A stretch of 63,915 nucleotides of DNA, the filler included, from Octopus bimaculoides (Eukaryota), in assembly GCF_001194135.2 (NCBI RefSeq). It is 6 parts of 6 records of this genome, joined end to end, with 100 filler letters (N's around TTAATTAATTAA, not from the genome) between each part and the next. Parts side by side here need not be neighbours in the genome. Positions count along the whole stretch, not along the records: positions 30,599 to 40,472 come from NC_068985.1; positions 40,573 to 49,142 come from NC_068989.1; positions 49,243 to 62,495 come from NC_069001.1; 3 more parts are not named here. One strand, 5' to 3'. Shown here one piece after another: positions 37,171-50,935 of this stretch. Numbering within the stretch: the first letter of the stretch is position 1; every line of letters starts with the position of its first letter. A program made the position numbers and the translations under genes. The notes under the pieces are model-generated. The model saw nothing but the letters and a program-made list of their open reading frames with translations. It did no database searches and had not been told where the DNA came from.

Positions 37171-40100
37171 GATACATGTGCGTTAAATGAGTGTTACGTA
37201 CCTATATATGTTTAACACGCACATTGATACACTGTGGTGTCGAGCCTTGAGTTCATCTATATAATTTTAATCGTTGTCGAGTTATCTGCATTTAATTCGA
37301 ATGAGACGATCAAGGGAATATTAACGATAAGAATGTCGGAGCTCGTATAGTGTCTTGCTGAGTCGTTCTTATCATACATATCAACAACCAAACTGTGTAG
37401 CGCTTGATAACGATATAAAATCGTTCTGCATCGAGAAAATCCACCTCTACTTTGATATGTTTATATCTTACTATCGTTTTACAAGAAATTCTATACGAAT
37501 CTAGAGAAAATTTACTATCAACATTCCACAGAGATGATTTGATGTAAAAATAAAGCAATAAATACATTGCACTTACAGTATTTTCCTGAAAATGCCTTAT
37601 TTGACGAATATTTAGATTGACAGTCTGACAAATGAGATTGAAATCTTTACTTTATACTTGTTGAAACTTAATATACAAGTAAAGTAATTTGCGGCGCCAA
37701 TAATCTACTAAATTAGAATAAATAAGTTATATACACATAAACACCTTGAAAGCTATTAAACCAGACGAAAAACAATGCCTGTTTGATAATGGAAACCAGC
37801 TGTAATCCACAAATGTTTTCTCGTGTCTGAATAAGTTCGTTTTAACAATTTGTTACAAAAGTGAGACACAGTAGTTCAAATATTAGATTCGATTTTAATG
37901 TTGGTTTTACTTCTAAAAGAAAGACAAATGCTAACATAAAATGTGATCAATTTTATCTTTCGGGTATTTTACTTGACCTTGTGTATATGCAGCGTTCTGC
38001 TGTTGTTTTGCTGAACCAGACAATCTACATTCTGAAGATAGTGGTGTTTATGTCAGATGGGAATAGTGGTACGTGATGATATTGGGGCGATCCATGCTTT
38101 CTTTCTTGTTTCTTTTTATAGTCGTGGTTCTTGTTTTCAAACCTCAACACAATCCTGATAAGACCCATAATGTCATTTATTTTCATATATTCTGTATCCA
38201 GGAAAATTGTGTCCATTACTGTTTTATAAGACAGTAAGGTGTAATTCGGGAGAAGTCTAGCTGTTGCCTCTAGCAATTTCAAAGTCAGTATATTCAACTC
38301 AAGTATTGTTTGTTTTATAAATCAGAGTAGGAGTTGGACGGTAAAACATGACCCCTGCCTAATCTGACACTGAACATAGATTTAAATATTGTAAATAACG
38401 TTCAAGACAGTCTCTATAATGAGTAGAAGACATATATTCTTAAGGAAATATCCAATAATCATAAATGTTTTTACAAATAGTAAGAAACCAGGTTTAATAT
38501 TTGCCTACATGTGTGCAAAGTACCTTGTCGCTGTCTGATAGCTTCAGCTAATCTTTAATCTCAGGATAAACAATCAAATGACATTTAAATTATGTGTTCA
38601 AGCAAACCTATTGATTTCCCTACAGCAAACTATTTATCGATTAATCGGCAATGTTTGCTATAGTAAATTTATGCTTTTATTGCATAGAGCCAAGGGAAAA
38701 AGCAGCGAATTAGCAGAGACAGGACTGTGTAAGTTTTATACTAGAAGATATTGGTATATTTCGTTATGCTATATATAGGTAAATAATGTTGTATTATAAG
38801 TAGTGTTGTAATAGGGTTTGTAGGGTTATACTGCATATTACTTTATATAAACATGTTTGTTTCTTAACAGATTTATCGAATCACATTCTATTTTATTATA
38901 CGATATTGGGCTATATATTGGGTATGCTGATATGAATTATGCTTCATTGAATTAAATTATTAGTGTATACAATTTTAGAGCGTATTTATACACATACAGC
39001 CCCTCCAACGGGCTTATGTAGTGTGTTCGTCTACCAGGTTTTACTCATAAAGAATTAAGCTACCCCACGCTATAGAACAGGATTTCTTAAAGTTATGGCG
39101 TGAGATAAGACTCGGGAACTCTTGGTTTGAGAACAGATTTATTCACTCATTTGGTCATAGTATGATTACTGCTATACAGCATCGCATTTTGCGAGCTATA
39201 TAAAGTTATATATACAACTCGGCTAGTAAAATAAAAATGGATGCAGTTAACGAAGTTTCGGTCCCAAATTCAGTGCAACTACATCACAACTTGGAAAATG
39301 TTTTCTCTCATATCACTGGTTGAGCAATGTCACATGAGTGAACATGGTTGAAATTGTACGGTAAGTCATTTGGGTTATGATTTCTTTCTCTTACTCACCA
39401 CTGGTTTAGTGGTTATAAAAATGGTCATGTCTTTTTAATTAATATTAAGTCAATATTTATTATTACGTGACGTTATCTACTTTATAATCATGGATATTGT
39501 TCAAATAATTGTTGATATTCCGCCAGATTTGCATTAGACTTTCAGTCCTTGTTTCCAATAGATAGAATGTGTATCAAATGAGGACTGGTTTCCAATGAAT
39601 AATTTCTTCAATTATATCTCGTATCTTATATATCACATATAGTTTTGGGATGTTATAAGATAAATATAAGATTGATGGATAATTTCTTGTGCATTTTCGT
39701 GTTCTAAATATCACAGTGCTGAATTATGCATTTCGACACAATATATGGTAAGAACAGAATCACAAACTTCTAATGCTTCGATACGTGAGAGAGAAAGTGA
39801 TTACCAGACGCTTCGCAATCAGTAACGGTTCAGTGCATTGGAACAAATTCAACAAAGTGTCAAAGTTTAATGGGGCTAACAGCACGTTGACAAATATTAA
39901 ATACAATAAAAATTTTGGCAATTGTGTACTATATTTCGGATAACATTTCTACCCGACTTGTAATCTCATCAATGGAAATGAATACTCGTTTTATCGTATT
40001 TGGATCAACACTAAATTTCAATCGGTTTTATTTGACATTGTCAATATAAAAGAAATTGGTAAAGACGTACTTTAATATATTTATCATCCTTAAACATGAG

Positions 40101-41529
40101 CGAATACTTCGAATATTTTGAATCACATGAGCAGTTAATTAACAGATGTATTTTCAGATATTCGTGTAAATGAGCGCCATTTATATCTTACTAGCAGTAT
40201 AACCCGACCTTGTCCTGGTGTGACTTATTATGCCATCTACGATAAGTCTTGCTAGCTGAAAATCAACTAAAAAAGAAAGCCTTACAACGAAAAAACCCTT
40301 ATGATGTAAATATGTTCATAATTCAAAAGACGATGAAATTAATAGGGAAAGTCTGAAGGCTGTTTTGCGTGAAATTATTAAGCATACGTAAATTTCATCC
40401 GTGTAATTGGCTATAGAAATGATTGTGCAAAACAACTTTTTGCGCTGCCCTGATTATACATAGCAGGGTAATNNNNNNNNNNNNNNNNNNNNNNNNNNNN
40501 NNNNNNNNNNNNNNNNTTAATTAATTAANNNNNNNNNNNNNNNNNNNNNNNNNNNNNNNNNNNNNNNNNNNNATATATATATATATATATACTTACTTGG
40601 TGATGACGTCCTGTACCCATATATACATGTGTGTGTGTATATATATATATACACGTATATATATAAATTTATATTAGATAGATAGATATGCATGCATGCA
40701 TATGATGATCTCCTTCCAGTTTCTGTTTACTGAACTCATTTCCAAGGCTTTGGTCAGTTTGGTTCTGTAGCGGAAGACACTTGACCAAGATGCTGCCCCA
40801 CCTACACACATACACACACACACACACGTATGTATGAATGCATGTGTAGTAGTAGTAGAATACATGTTAATTAAAAGAGGTTGATGTTCTTGACTACACC
40901 ATTACTGAAATTAGTAAAAGAGTAAAGGAAAAAATCACAGACTTTATTCTATTCTATTTATAGTTCTTTAAAAATTTTATGCCACTCAGGTAACAGGAAT
41001 TCCATTTTCTGAATATTTAGTTGAAACCAATTATTTTACGATAAAATTTCTACTTCTGTTTTTCTTTTTTAACACTTTTTTCTCTTTAAATATTAAGTCT
41101 TCTTTGAAATTAAACTTTAGATAACTTCCTTTTATAAGTTTAATTTTCTTTTTAAAGAAACCTGTTATTTCGATAGTTTAAAGACCAAACTATTTGTGTC
41201 ATTTTCAATAAATAAATAATTAAAGATTTGAAAATGACAGGTACGAAAGAGTTTTATGTTAAATTGATTGAATTTTTTTATGGAATTTTAGGCTGGCGTC
41301 TCAGCCTACTTATTTCCATAATGTTTTGCTATTTTAACAAGATTCATGTTATTTTAATTCAATTAGGTTTTATTTTCACAATCAGTATTATTGGAATTTT
41401 GTGCTTTCTCTTCTTTTAATTTGAATCTCTATTTTATTTAAGCCCGCTTACCCCATCATCCATCTACATAATATATACTTTACATAATGTGTTGAGTACA
41501 CCTGCATTTGGTATGTGCATATATATATA

Positions 41530-41930
41530 TATATTTTCGTATTGAATTAAGAGAGGAAAATGGAGAGTTTGTGGTTAATAAATATTCATTATTAATAAAT
41601 TGATAATCATTTCTTCCTACAGATGTTTCCATTTATACTCATTGGATAAATTATGAATTTATATATTAAATTTGCATTTATAAGTTATGAGCAAAATATC
41701 AGGGAAAATTTAGATATTAAGAAATTACATCTGTTCATTCTAACCAACTTTCCCTGATGATATTTTGCTCATAACATATAAATGCAAATTTAATGCATAA
41801 ATTTGTAATTTATTCAGTGAGTATAAATGGAAACAGCTGTAGGAAGAAATGATTATCAATTTATTTATAATAAAAAATAATTAACTACTAACTCTCCTTC
41901 TTCTTCTCTTAATTTAAAATGAATTATATA
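41530..41930. mobile_element. ~400-bp foldback MITE-like element with ~175-bp inverted arms
   Basis: 41530-41707 matches the reverse complement of 41748-41930 (e.g. TGATAATCATTTCTTCCTACAG vs CTGTAGGAAGAAATGATTATCA). TA-rich flanks. Confidence 0.8.
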
Positions 41931-42083
41931 CTTAATATATACCTACTGATTTTGGGAAATTTTATTTCCCAAAGATATAAGGTATAGAACCAGTGTTTTC
42001 TTACATGTAATCATCCCTTTAAGAGGTTAATATATCCTCTTATATATATATATGTATGTATGTGTGTATGTATGTATAAATAT

Positions 42084-42245
42084 GGCATAAGCGTGGCTTT
42101 ATGGTAAGAAGTGTGCTTCCCAACTACATGGTTCCAGGTTCAGTCCCACTGCGTAACACCATGAGCAAGTATCATCTACTATAGCCTTGAGCTGACCAAA
42201 GCCTTGTGAGTGGATTTGGTAGACAGAAACTGAAAGAAGCCTGTC

Positions 42246-42278
<33 letters not shown>

Positions 42279-42503
42279 TGTACCTGTGTGTGTGTCTTTG
42301 TGTCTGTTTGTGTCCCCCCAATCACAGCTTGACAACTGGTGTTGGTGTGTTTACATCCTTATAACATTAGCGGTTCGGCAGAAGAGACTGATAGAATAAG
42401 TACTGGGCTTAAAAAATAAGTCCTGAGGTCGATTTGTTCAATTAAAATCCTTCAAGGCTGTGCTCCTGCATGGCTGCAGTCAAATGACTAAAAAATCAAA
42501 GAA
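42084..42503 (+). mobile_element. SINE family B copy with CpG-decay substitutions
   Basis: Full-length family B alignment, with CG>TG/CA changes relative to the 29418 copy. Confidence 0.85.
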
Positions 42504-43547
42504 TGCGTGCGTTTGCTATAACTTGTGATGTTGTGACTTCTCTTGTCCTGGAATTGTTGCTTGATCATTATTGCCCTGACATAAATGCACACCTTACTTG
42601 AAAGACAGGCAAGGATTTATGACAAGAAGGGCAGTCTGCAATAAAACACTGCCTCAATAATAGATTCCTCTATCCCATAATGGCATGGAAAAGTCAATAA
42701 AGAATGAATAAACAAATGTATTCCCCTATTAATTAAAACCTATCCTCTGAATTAACTGTTGTTATTGGAGTTAAAGCATGTGAAACCACTTCAGCTGCTC
42801 ACCTTAATATCCTGTTTTGCATTGTTATTGAGTATCATATGTCCGTTTGGCTACCACTGGTATAACTGAGATAAGTGACCTAATCTATCTACGGAAGTAA
42901 ATGGAAGATCACTCTATCAAGAATTTCCAGACTAATTTCTGTCATTTAGTAGTGCTCATCCTTTCTCTGTCTCTGTCTGTCTGTCTCTCTCCCAATACAT
43001 CAAAATGTAACAGATTTTATGTCAACAAAGAAAAGATAAATGGAGGGGAAAGTTCTTTTAGTTTGCATGGTACAACACTATCTCAGAACTCTAAATTAAA
43101 AGGAAAAACACTGGATATAAAACTGAAAGGGGGATGCCATATTATTTACCAAATTACATCCAAGGTTCGATCTGTACTTCTCTCTCTCTTTTTTTTTTAG
43201 TTATCCTAAACTGGCACTCAATTTATTCTTACATTTTTCTCTTTCATCGTCTCTCTCTTTCTTTTCCTGGCATATTCCAGTATATAAATGTGTTTTTTAA
43301 TTAATTCTACCTTAATCCTTGATTCCTTAATGATTTCATCTCTTGTGTTTTTGTTGTCTAACCCATATTATACCAATCTGTTCAAGACCACACTTCTTTC
43401 TGTAATACAAGCTTCCTGGTAAAAAGCAATTTAAATTAAAACCTACCTTCAAAACATGTTAATTTTTGTTCCAAATCACTTAATAATGACAAGATTATTT
43501 TTACTAAATTTTTTTTGTTATTTTCAAAATCTATTGAAGCAAATACA

Positions 43548-43683
43548 GTGTATTTCAACAGAAATATGTTGACAAAATTTTATTAATTTATGTGTATTTC
43601 AACAGAAATATGTTGACAAAATTTTATTAATTTATGTGTATTTCAACAGAAATATGTTGACAAAATTTTATGCTATTTTATGT
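43548..43683. repeat. 44-bp tandem repeat x3
   Basis: GTGTATTTCAACAGAAATATGTTGACAAAATTTTATTAATTTAT units start at 43548, 43592 and 43636. Confidence 0.95.
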
Positions 43684-44124
43684 GCCAAAAACCAGCCTGA
43701 TGATGATAGTTATTTCACTAAATTCTTCACTGTTTAAGTTTTAAAAAATTCAATTGAAATAAATGCAGTGTATTTGAGTAGAAATATGGTAGTAGAAGGG
43801 TTTGAAAATGTTCAATATGTAAACAAACTTGTAAACGTAAGTGGACAAATGGATAACAATATAGACTATTCTTTTTCCTAGAGTCAAATCCTCTACAAAC
43901 ATGCCATTAGGTACTTGGACAATACATTTAACTGTATTTTCCTCTGTTCACTCAATTGTCAGGAAAAGGCACTAGATCATCTGTAAATGTTATTTTAGAC
44001 AGAATGTCACCATATCTAGGGAGCAGCTTTATCACTCTTCTACATATTACTATTCCAATTGAAAAACTGTTATAATGAAGACATTTGTTTCAGTTTCTTT
44101 CTTTCTTCCTGTTTTAGATTCTAT

Positions 44125-44352
44125 TCAGCCCTTTAGCATTTAAACAAGTTATATGCAGCCCAGATATTCTATTTGTTTTATGTTCAAACCATCCACATCC
44201 GGCCTCTCACACTTACTCTAGAATGTCATTTCAAAAAATATATAATTACACCATTGAAATCTCAAAGCTACATATAATACAAGATTAATTTAAAATAATA
44301 TGAATAATGAAGTGCCACACTTGAGAGAGTAATCTGAATGCTAATAGGTTAA
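44125..44352. mobile_element. ~225-bp MITE family with (TTAA)CCCTTTAGCA...TGCTAAAGGG(TTAA)-like ends (piggyBac-type), diverged copy
   Basis: Homologous to 46236-46413 and 46555-46781. Confidence 0.65.
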
Positions 44353-46235
44353 TACTTTCATTTTACTACTTATAGCAGATTTTTTCAATGAAAAATATCT
44401 TGGTTATTGTATAACCATAAAATTTTGCAGTCTAAAGATGCAATTTATAATATGAGCTTGTGTGTCACAATCACTACTTCATGATTCAGTATATTCTTGT
44501 ATAGTCTATCTTACATTCCATGTAGCTAGCTGTTCAAATAAGCAAAATTCCAGATTATCTGTCAACAAACTCTGTTCAGCAGTCACCTCATCTTAAATCT
44601 GGTGCACAGTTATCCACCTGAAAATAATTGTTTCAAACAATCTGTCTGCTCTCAAACAATGGGAATACATATGCATATACACATACACAGTCTATGTATG
44701 TGAGCTCATTTGTTTGTACTGTCTCTGTAAATTAAAAATGATAAGCTTTATTACAGTAAGTATCTGTAATTAGATTTTTTGGAACGAACTGCATTAAGTA
44801 TGCTAATACTAACTCAACTATTGTTTTTAACAAGGATGACATCTCTTACTATTTAACCTCAGTGTTTTTTTTTGTTTTTTAAATGTCCTAATTTTTAACA
44901 TATATTCATATACACCACTTTCTAATTCTCTCGTCTCTACTTTTTAACAAGCACATGTATCTCTGAGGATGTTTAATAAAATAGAAGCATGTGTTGAATT
45001 GTCTCCCATAACTGGGGAACACCTTACTGAAAAAGTATTTCGCATCAGATTCTTGATAGCCATGCAGTTAAGAAGTTTGCTTCACAACCATGTAGTTTTG
45101 GTTTTAATCTTACTACACACCATGCTGCTTTAGCGTCTGATACTGGAGTCAGAAGCCCATTATATATTTGTTTTTGCTTGTGTTTATGTTTTACAGTTTG
45201 TCAAATAGTATTCTGCTATGTGAAGAATGGTAACTTCAGTAACTTCACGTTTCAGTTAAGATTGATAAAATAAATAGCAAACTGAAATAAATAAATACTA
45301 GGGTTGAAAAGTTCTACTGGCTAAAGCTTACCGTTAAAAGAATATCCGTATACACACACACATGTATATGTATGTATACACACACACACACACACACACN
45401 NNNNNNNNNNNNNNNNNNNNNNNNNNNNNNNNNNNNNNNNNNNNNNNNNNNNNNNNNNNNNNNNNNNNNNNNNNNNNNNNNNNNNNNNNNNNNNNNNNNT
45501 ATATATATATATACATATATATCTTAATATATAAAATCTGTTCTGTGTGTCCGTCTGTTTGTGCGCTTATAACTCGAGTATTGTTCATCTGATCATGCTG
45601 AAATTTTAAACATGGATACATGAGAGAGCAGCGTGTTTTGTAATCTAAAAAGATTTTCAAAATCGTTAGTTTCAAAGTGAGAATCGCTATGCCCTTCGTT
45701 ATAGTTATAAACTTACTGTATTAAAGTGAATCTAAACTAAAACCTATTAAAATTTCATGTTATTTTATGTTCCAAACATCAGTTTAATAACAAAAAAGTT
45801 ATTTTACTAAATTCTAAATTATTTCTGAAATTAATTGAAATAAAGGGCAGTGAATTTCAGAAGACCTATCAAAATTCTATGTTAATTTATGCTCTGCATA
45901 GTAGCTTAATAATTCTTTCTACAATAGGAACAAGACCTGAAATTTTAGGGAGGATGCTAGTTGATTACATCGACCCCAGTGATTAATTGGTACTAATTTT
46001 TTTGACTCTGAAAGGATAAAAGCAAAGTCGACTGCAGCTGAATTTGAACTCAGAATGTAACTGCAGCTTAATAATGACAGTTATTTCAGTATATTTTTCA
46101 TTATTTTCATAATTAATTGAAAGAAAGGCAGAATATTTCAATAGAGATATAGTATCAAAAGGGTTAACTTGCTTATCCTAGAAAAATAATAACTATCAAA
46201 TTAGTTACAATAACTGATTTTCTGCTTCCTGTTTG

Positions 46236-46413
46236 TTAATTCTTTAACATTTAAACTAGCCATAACCAGCATGAATGTTCAATCTGGCCAAATCCAGCCT
46301 CTCACATCTACCCAAATCCAGCCTCTCACATCTACCCTACAATGTGAATAAGTGTGAATAAACAAGCATTACATTTGATAGAGTAATCTGATAAATCACT
46401 GACTGAAGGTTAA
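46236..46413. mobile_element. Same piggyBac-type MITE family; degraded copy with an internal 24-bp duplication
   Basis: Shares the CCAGCCTCTCACATCTACC and AGAGTAATCTGA motifs and ends in AAGGTTAA. Confidence 0.55.
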
Positions 46414-46554
46414 ATTGTGAAGTAGGTTATTTGTTATTCATTTGTGCATTCATTCATTTCAGAATTAACAAAAAAGGTTAAGTACATGGAACTGTGAAAC
46501 AATGCATTTCATTAAAGATTAATTCGAATTTTAAGAAAATTTAGAAATGTTATA

Positions 46555-46781
46555 TTAACCCTTTAGCATTTAAGCCTGCCATATCCACCCATAATATTCT
46601 TCCTGTTTTATGTTTACACTGGCCAGATTTGGCCTTTCACTTCTAACCTACAATGTCATTCTAAAAATAAACAATCACATCATTGAAATTTCTTGACTAC
46701 AAGATAGTACATGATTAATTCAAAACAATGTAGATAAATAAAGATTATATTGACAGAGTAATCTGAGTGCTAGAGGGTTCA
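46555..46781. mobile_element. Same piggyBac-type MITE family; best-preserved copy
   Basis: TTAA-CCCTTTAGCAT ... GTGCTAGAGGG-TTCA: CCC/GGG termini with a TTAA-like target. Confidence 0.7.
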
Positions 46782-48694
46782 ACTGGAACAGATTTGGAAG
46801 CCAAAACCAATGGGATTATTAAAACACATGATTTTTTTGTTAATAATTCAATGGGTGCTTGCAAAACATTGAGAATTTAAAGTATTTGCATCAGAAAATA
46901 ATTTGCTTGCTGATTTCTTATAAACAAGAGCCTCTATTCTAATTTAGATTCATCGGTTCAGGGTAGTTTTAACTGAAGGGACATGCAATAAGGTCAAAAC
47001 ACCATTGTGTCTCCTTATGTCAATGAATTGTGTGTGTTATGAACAGACATTGTCTAAAGAGAAGAAGAGATGTTCTCTAATGACAAAATACAACAACAAG
47101 CAGCATATTCATGTTTGATTCTGACAGAACATGTTTTTATTGTTGTTTCCCTCTGTTTTTTCAATTAAAAATTAGAAGAAAAAAGCCTTTGTCAAAGAAC
47201 AAGAGGAGTACATAATCAAGGTTGAATAGGGAGACAAATAAGTATATTGACTACTTCTGTTGAAGTCCTGAAGGTCAAGTGAGAGAGTTCAAAATACTGG
47301 AGCAACAGCTAGAGCGGCAACATTCAAATCTTCCTGTCAATTAATCAGTTAACAAACCGATTGTAAGATTTCTTCTATCTCTGAAACAAGAGAAGTTGAT
47401 TTAGCCAAAAACAGGAAATAGGAAAACCTTCAGCTAATTTTGGTTAGATGGGTTTGGAATATTCCATATAGAATTTTCTTTTTAGGTCAAGTTTGAAACG
47501 AAAATGGTAAGTGTGTGGAAAGAATTAACAATCAGGTGAATAAATGAGTTATATTTAATTAGCCATCAGTAGTAACTAAGGCTAATGCATAATAATCCCA
47601 AACACTCTCATGATATACACTGGAACAAAGTAATTAAAATATAGGGTTGAACTCAAAGCAGGTAGTTAATTACTTTCTGTTTTGTTAGAAAATAAAACAA
47701 AATCACAAAACAAAAATTACCAGCTGATAGTTTAGTTGGTAAAACAATTGGACAGAAGCTAGAAGGTTCATTCTTAGTCATTCTTAAATGCAGTTAGTTG
47801 GCGACAAGACAGCTAACTTGCTGTTTAAGAAATGTTGGGTGTCAGCTTACAGTCTCAATGCAAAACTCATTACTTTCATACACTGTTGTTGTTTTTATTG
47901 GATTGTTCTGGAAGAAAGAGATTCTCATGGCCTTCACAGGCCTTCCAAAGCCGATGAGATTGATGCAACTAATATTCCTCTTGACCTATTTGATACCAAC
48001 TGTCCTGAAACCACCTCTGGTTCTATGATGCAAGATTGCTGTTTTAAAGTAATCTAGATTAAAATCTCTCTCCAAATTTACAGGGAAAGATTCAATTTAA
48101 TTTATGAAAATTAAAATTAAATTAAATTTCACAATATATAATATATAAATATATAATTTAGAGAAAAAAAATCACAATTATTGAATTCATCCATAAAAAT
48201 CCACAATCACATATAGAAAAATTTAATAAATAAATACACTAAAAAGACCTATAATAAAATCCAAAAAGCACAAAGTAATAAATATTAAAATAGTATGTTT
48301 GTATGTATATATGTATGTATATATGTGTGTGCATGTATGTTTATATATATGTGTGTGTGTGTGTGTTTATATATATGTGTGTATGTGTGTGTGTCTGTGT
48401 TTGTCCCCGACTACCACTTGATAACTGGCATCAATGTGTTTCCATCATCATAACTTAATGGTTTTGCAAAAGAGATTTATAAAATAAGTACCAGGTTTAA
48501 GAGAAAGTAATTCATTCGACTAAAATTCTTCAAAGTTGTACCCCAGCATGGCCACAATCTGAATGACTGAAACAAGTAATTGATGAAAGATGTGTGTGTA
48601 TGTATGTGTTTGGCTCTTCTTGTCTTGAAATATCATGTTAATTGTAAATGAGTGTTATTGTCACACAAGCAATGTTGTATGTTCCCAATATTTT

Positions 48695-48888
48695 GCGAGC
48701 TGGCAGAAACGTTAGCATGCGAAATGCTTAACAATATTTCGTCTGTCATAACGTTCTGAGTTCAAATTCCACCAAGGTCGACTTTGCCTTTCATCCTTTC
48801 GAGGTTGATAAATTAAGTACCAGTTGCATACTGAGGTCGATCTAATCGACTAGTCCCCTCCCCCCAAACTTCAGGCCTAGTGCCTAAA
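48695..48888 (+). mobile_element. SINE family A copy (CpG-decayed)
   Basis: GCGAGCTGGCAGAAACGTTAGC...GAGTTCAAATTCCACCAAGGTCGAC. Confidence 0.8.
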
Positions 48889-49142
48889 GTTGTTGTTGTT
48901 GTTGGCACTCTGTCGCTTACGACGTCGAGGGTTCCAGTTGATCCAATCAACGGAACTGCCTGCTCGTGAAATTAACATGCAAGTGGCTGAGCATTCCACA
49001 GACACGTGTACCCTTAACGTAGTTCTCGGGGATATTCAGCGTGACACAATGTGACAAGGCTGACCCTTTGAATTACAGGCATAACAGAAACAGGAAGTAA
49101 GAGTGAGAGAAAGTTGTGGTGAAAGAGTACAGCAGGGTTCGC
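48889..49142 (-). mobile_element. SINE family C, 3' two-thirds with (CAA)n tail
   Basis: Reverse complement of 9920-10152. Confidence 0.85.
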
Positions 49143-50756
49143 NNNNNNNNNNNNNNNNNNNNNNNNNNNNNNNNNNNNNNNNNNNNTTAATTAATTAANN
49201 NNNNNNNNNNNNNNNNNNNNNNNNNNNNNNNNNNNNNNNNNNACATATTTGTGTGTATGTATAAATTTATTTATGAATGTATATAAACTTATATATAAAT
49301 GTATGTATGTATGCATGCATGTGTGTGTATGTGTTATGCTTATTTGGAGTGTAACAATAAAACGGAAGTTGGTCTGTCATAGGTCACATGATAGCTGTAA
49401 TACGGTTGTCGTACTCTCAAAATACAATTGTTGTCGACTGATTGTAGCAGCTAAAAAAATCAAAACATAGAGAATAAAAGATCAAGAAAGAAATAATAGA
49501 AAAAAAAAGAATGAAAGATAGAAAGAAGGAAACACTTTTAGCGTGGCATCGACGAATAAACAAGTGTTTTGGAGATACTAAAAGATTTCCACCATAATTT
49601 ATGGTTGTTTTATGGTAAACACAACTGCATTCATTATCAGCCATTACAATATAAACGCTATATAGCGAGAAAGCCAAGAAAGAGGAGGAGAAAGACAGAG
49701 CGAGGGAGAGAGACAATGCGTGAGAGAGATTGAGGGAGAGTGTGAGAGATTGAGGGGGAGACAGAGAGAAGGCAGATAAAAACGTAACTGAAAACAACTA
49801 TAAATAAAACAAATGCAAAAAATATATATAAGAAAAATGTAAAACGTTCACACCAAGAGAAAAAATTAGAAAAAAAAAACACTACCATAATAATAATAAT
49901 AATAATAATAGCAATAATAATAATAGTAATTGAAATCGAAACTGACGACATTGAACTGTGATACGGTAAATCTCGTTCGTACCTTTTATATCAAAATGTG
50001 TTTGCTATTTCCGCCATCTTTTCTTTAACGAACGTTTTATAAAACGGAGAAATCCTCATTTTTTTCCTGCTGTTTTGTNNNNNNNNNNNNNNNNNNNNNN
50101 NNNNNNNNNNNNNNNNNNNNNNNNNNNNNNNNNNNNNNNNNNNNNNNNNNNNNNNNNNNNNNNNNNNNNNNNNNNNNNNNNNNNNNNNNNNNNNNNNNNN
50201 NNNNNNNNNNNNNNNNNNNNNNNNNNNNNNNNNNNNNNNNNNNNNNNNNNNNNNNNNNNNNNNNNNNNNNNNNNNNNNNNNNNNNNNNNNNNNNNNNNNN
50301 NNNNNNNNNNNNNNNNNNNNNNNNNNNNNNNNNNNNNNNNNNNNNNNNNNNNNNNNNNNNNNNNNNNNNNNNNNNNNNNNNNNNNNNNNNNNNNNNNNNN
50401 NNNNNNNNNNNNNNNNNNNNNNNNNNNNNNNNNNNNNNNNNNNNNNNNNNNNNNNNNNNNNNNNNNNNNNNNNNNNNNNNNNNNNNNNNNNNNNNNNNNN
50501 NNNNNNNNNNNNNNNNNNNNNNNNNNNNNNNNNNNNNNNNNNNNNNNNNNNNNNNNNNNNNNNNNNNNNNATATATATATATATATATATATATACGCAT
50601 AGTTCAAAGTAAGGCGCGCTCTTACATACGGGCAAATGATATATTTACGAACTAATAATGTATCTGTGTGTATAGGCATATATGCATGCATATGCACACG
50701 AATACGCACAAAACAACATGTATACATACGTACGTACACATATTGGTTTCAAAATT

Positions 50757-50935
50757 TAGCACAAGGCCAGGAATTTTGGTGGGGGCGAGTGCTAGTCGAT
50801 TACATTGACCCCAGTGTTCAACTGGTACTTGATATATCGACCTCGGTGGAATTTGAACCCAGAACGTGCAGACAGACGAAATGCCGCCAAGCATTTTGAC
50901 CGGTGTGCTAATGATTCTGCCAGCTCATCGCCTTC
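50757..50935 (-). mobile_element. SINE family A copy with an internal deletion
   Basis: GCACAAGGCC tail, CGACCTCGGTGGAATTTGAACCC core and GCCAGCTCATCGCCTT head. Confidence 0.8.

Noticed and set aside
22004-43683. Short tandem arrays (18 bp x3, 22 bp x3, 44 bp x3) considered as possible CRISPR-like arrays
   Set aside because: The units are contiguous with no unique spacers, the context is eukaryotic and there are no cas genes.
47788-48057. 89-aa ORF with a plausible-looking C-terminal half
   Set aside because: No recognisable domain or convincing splice context.
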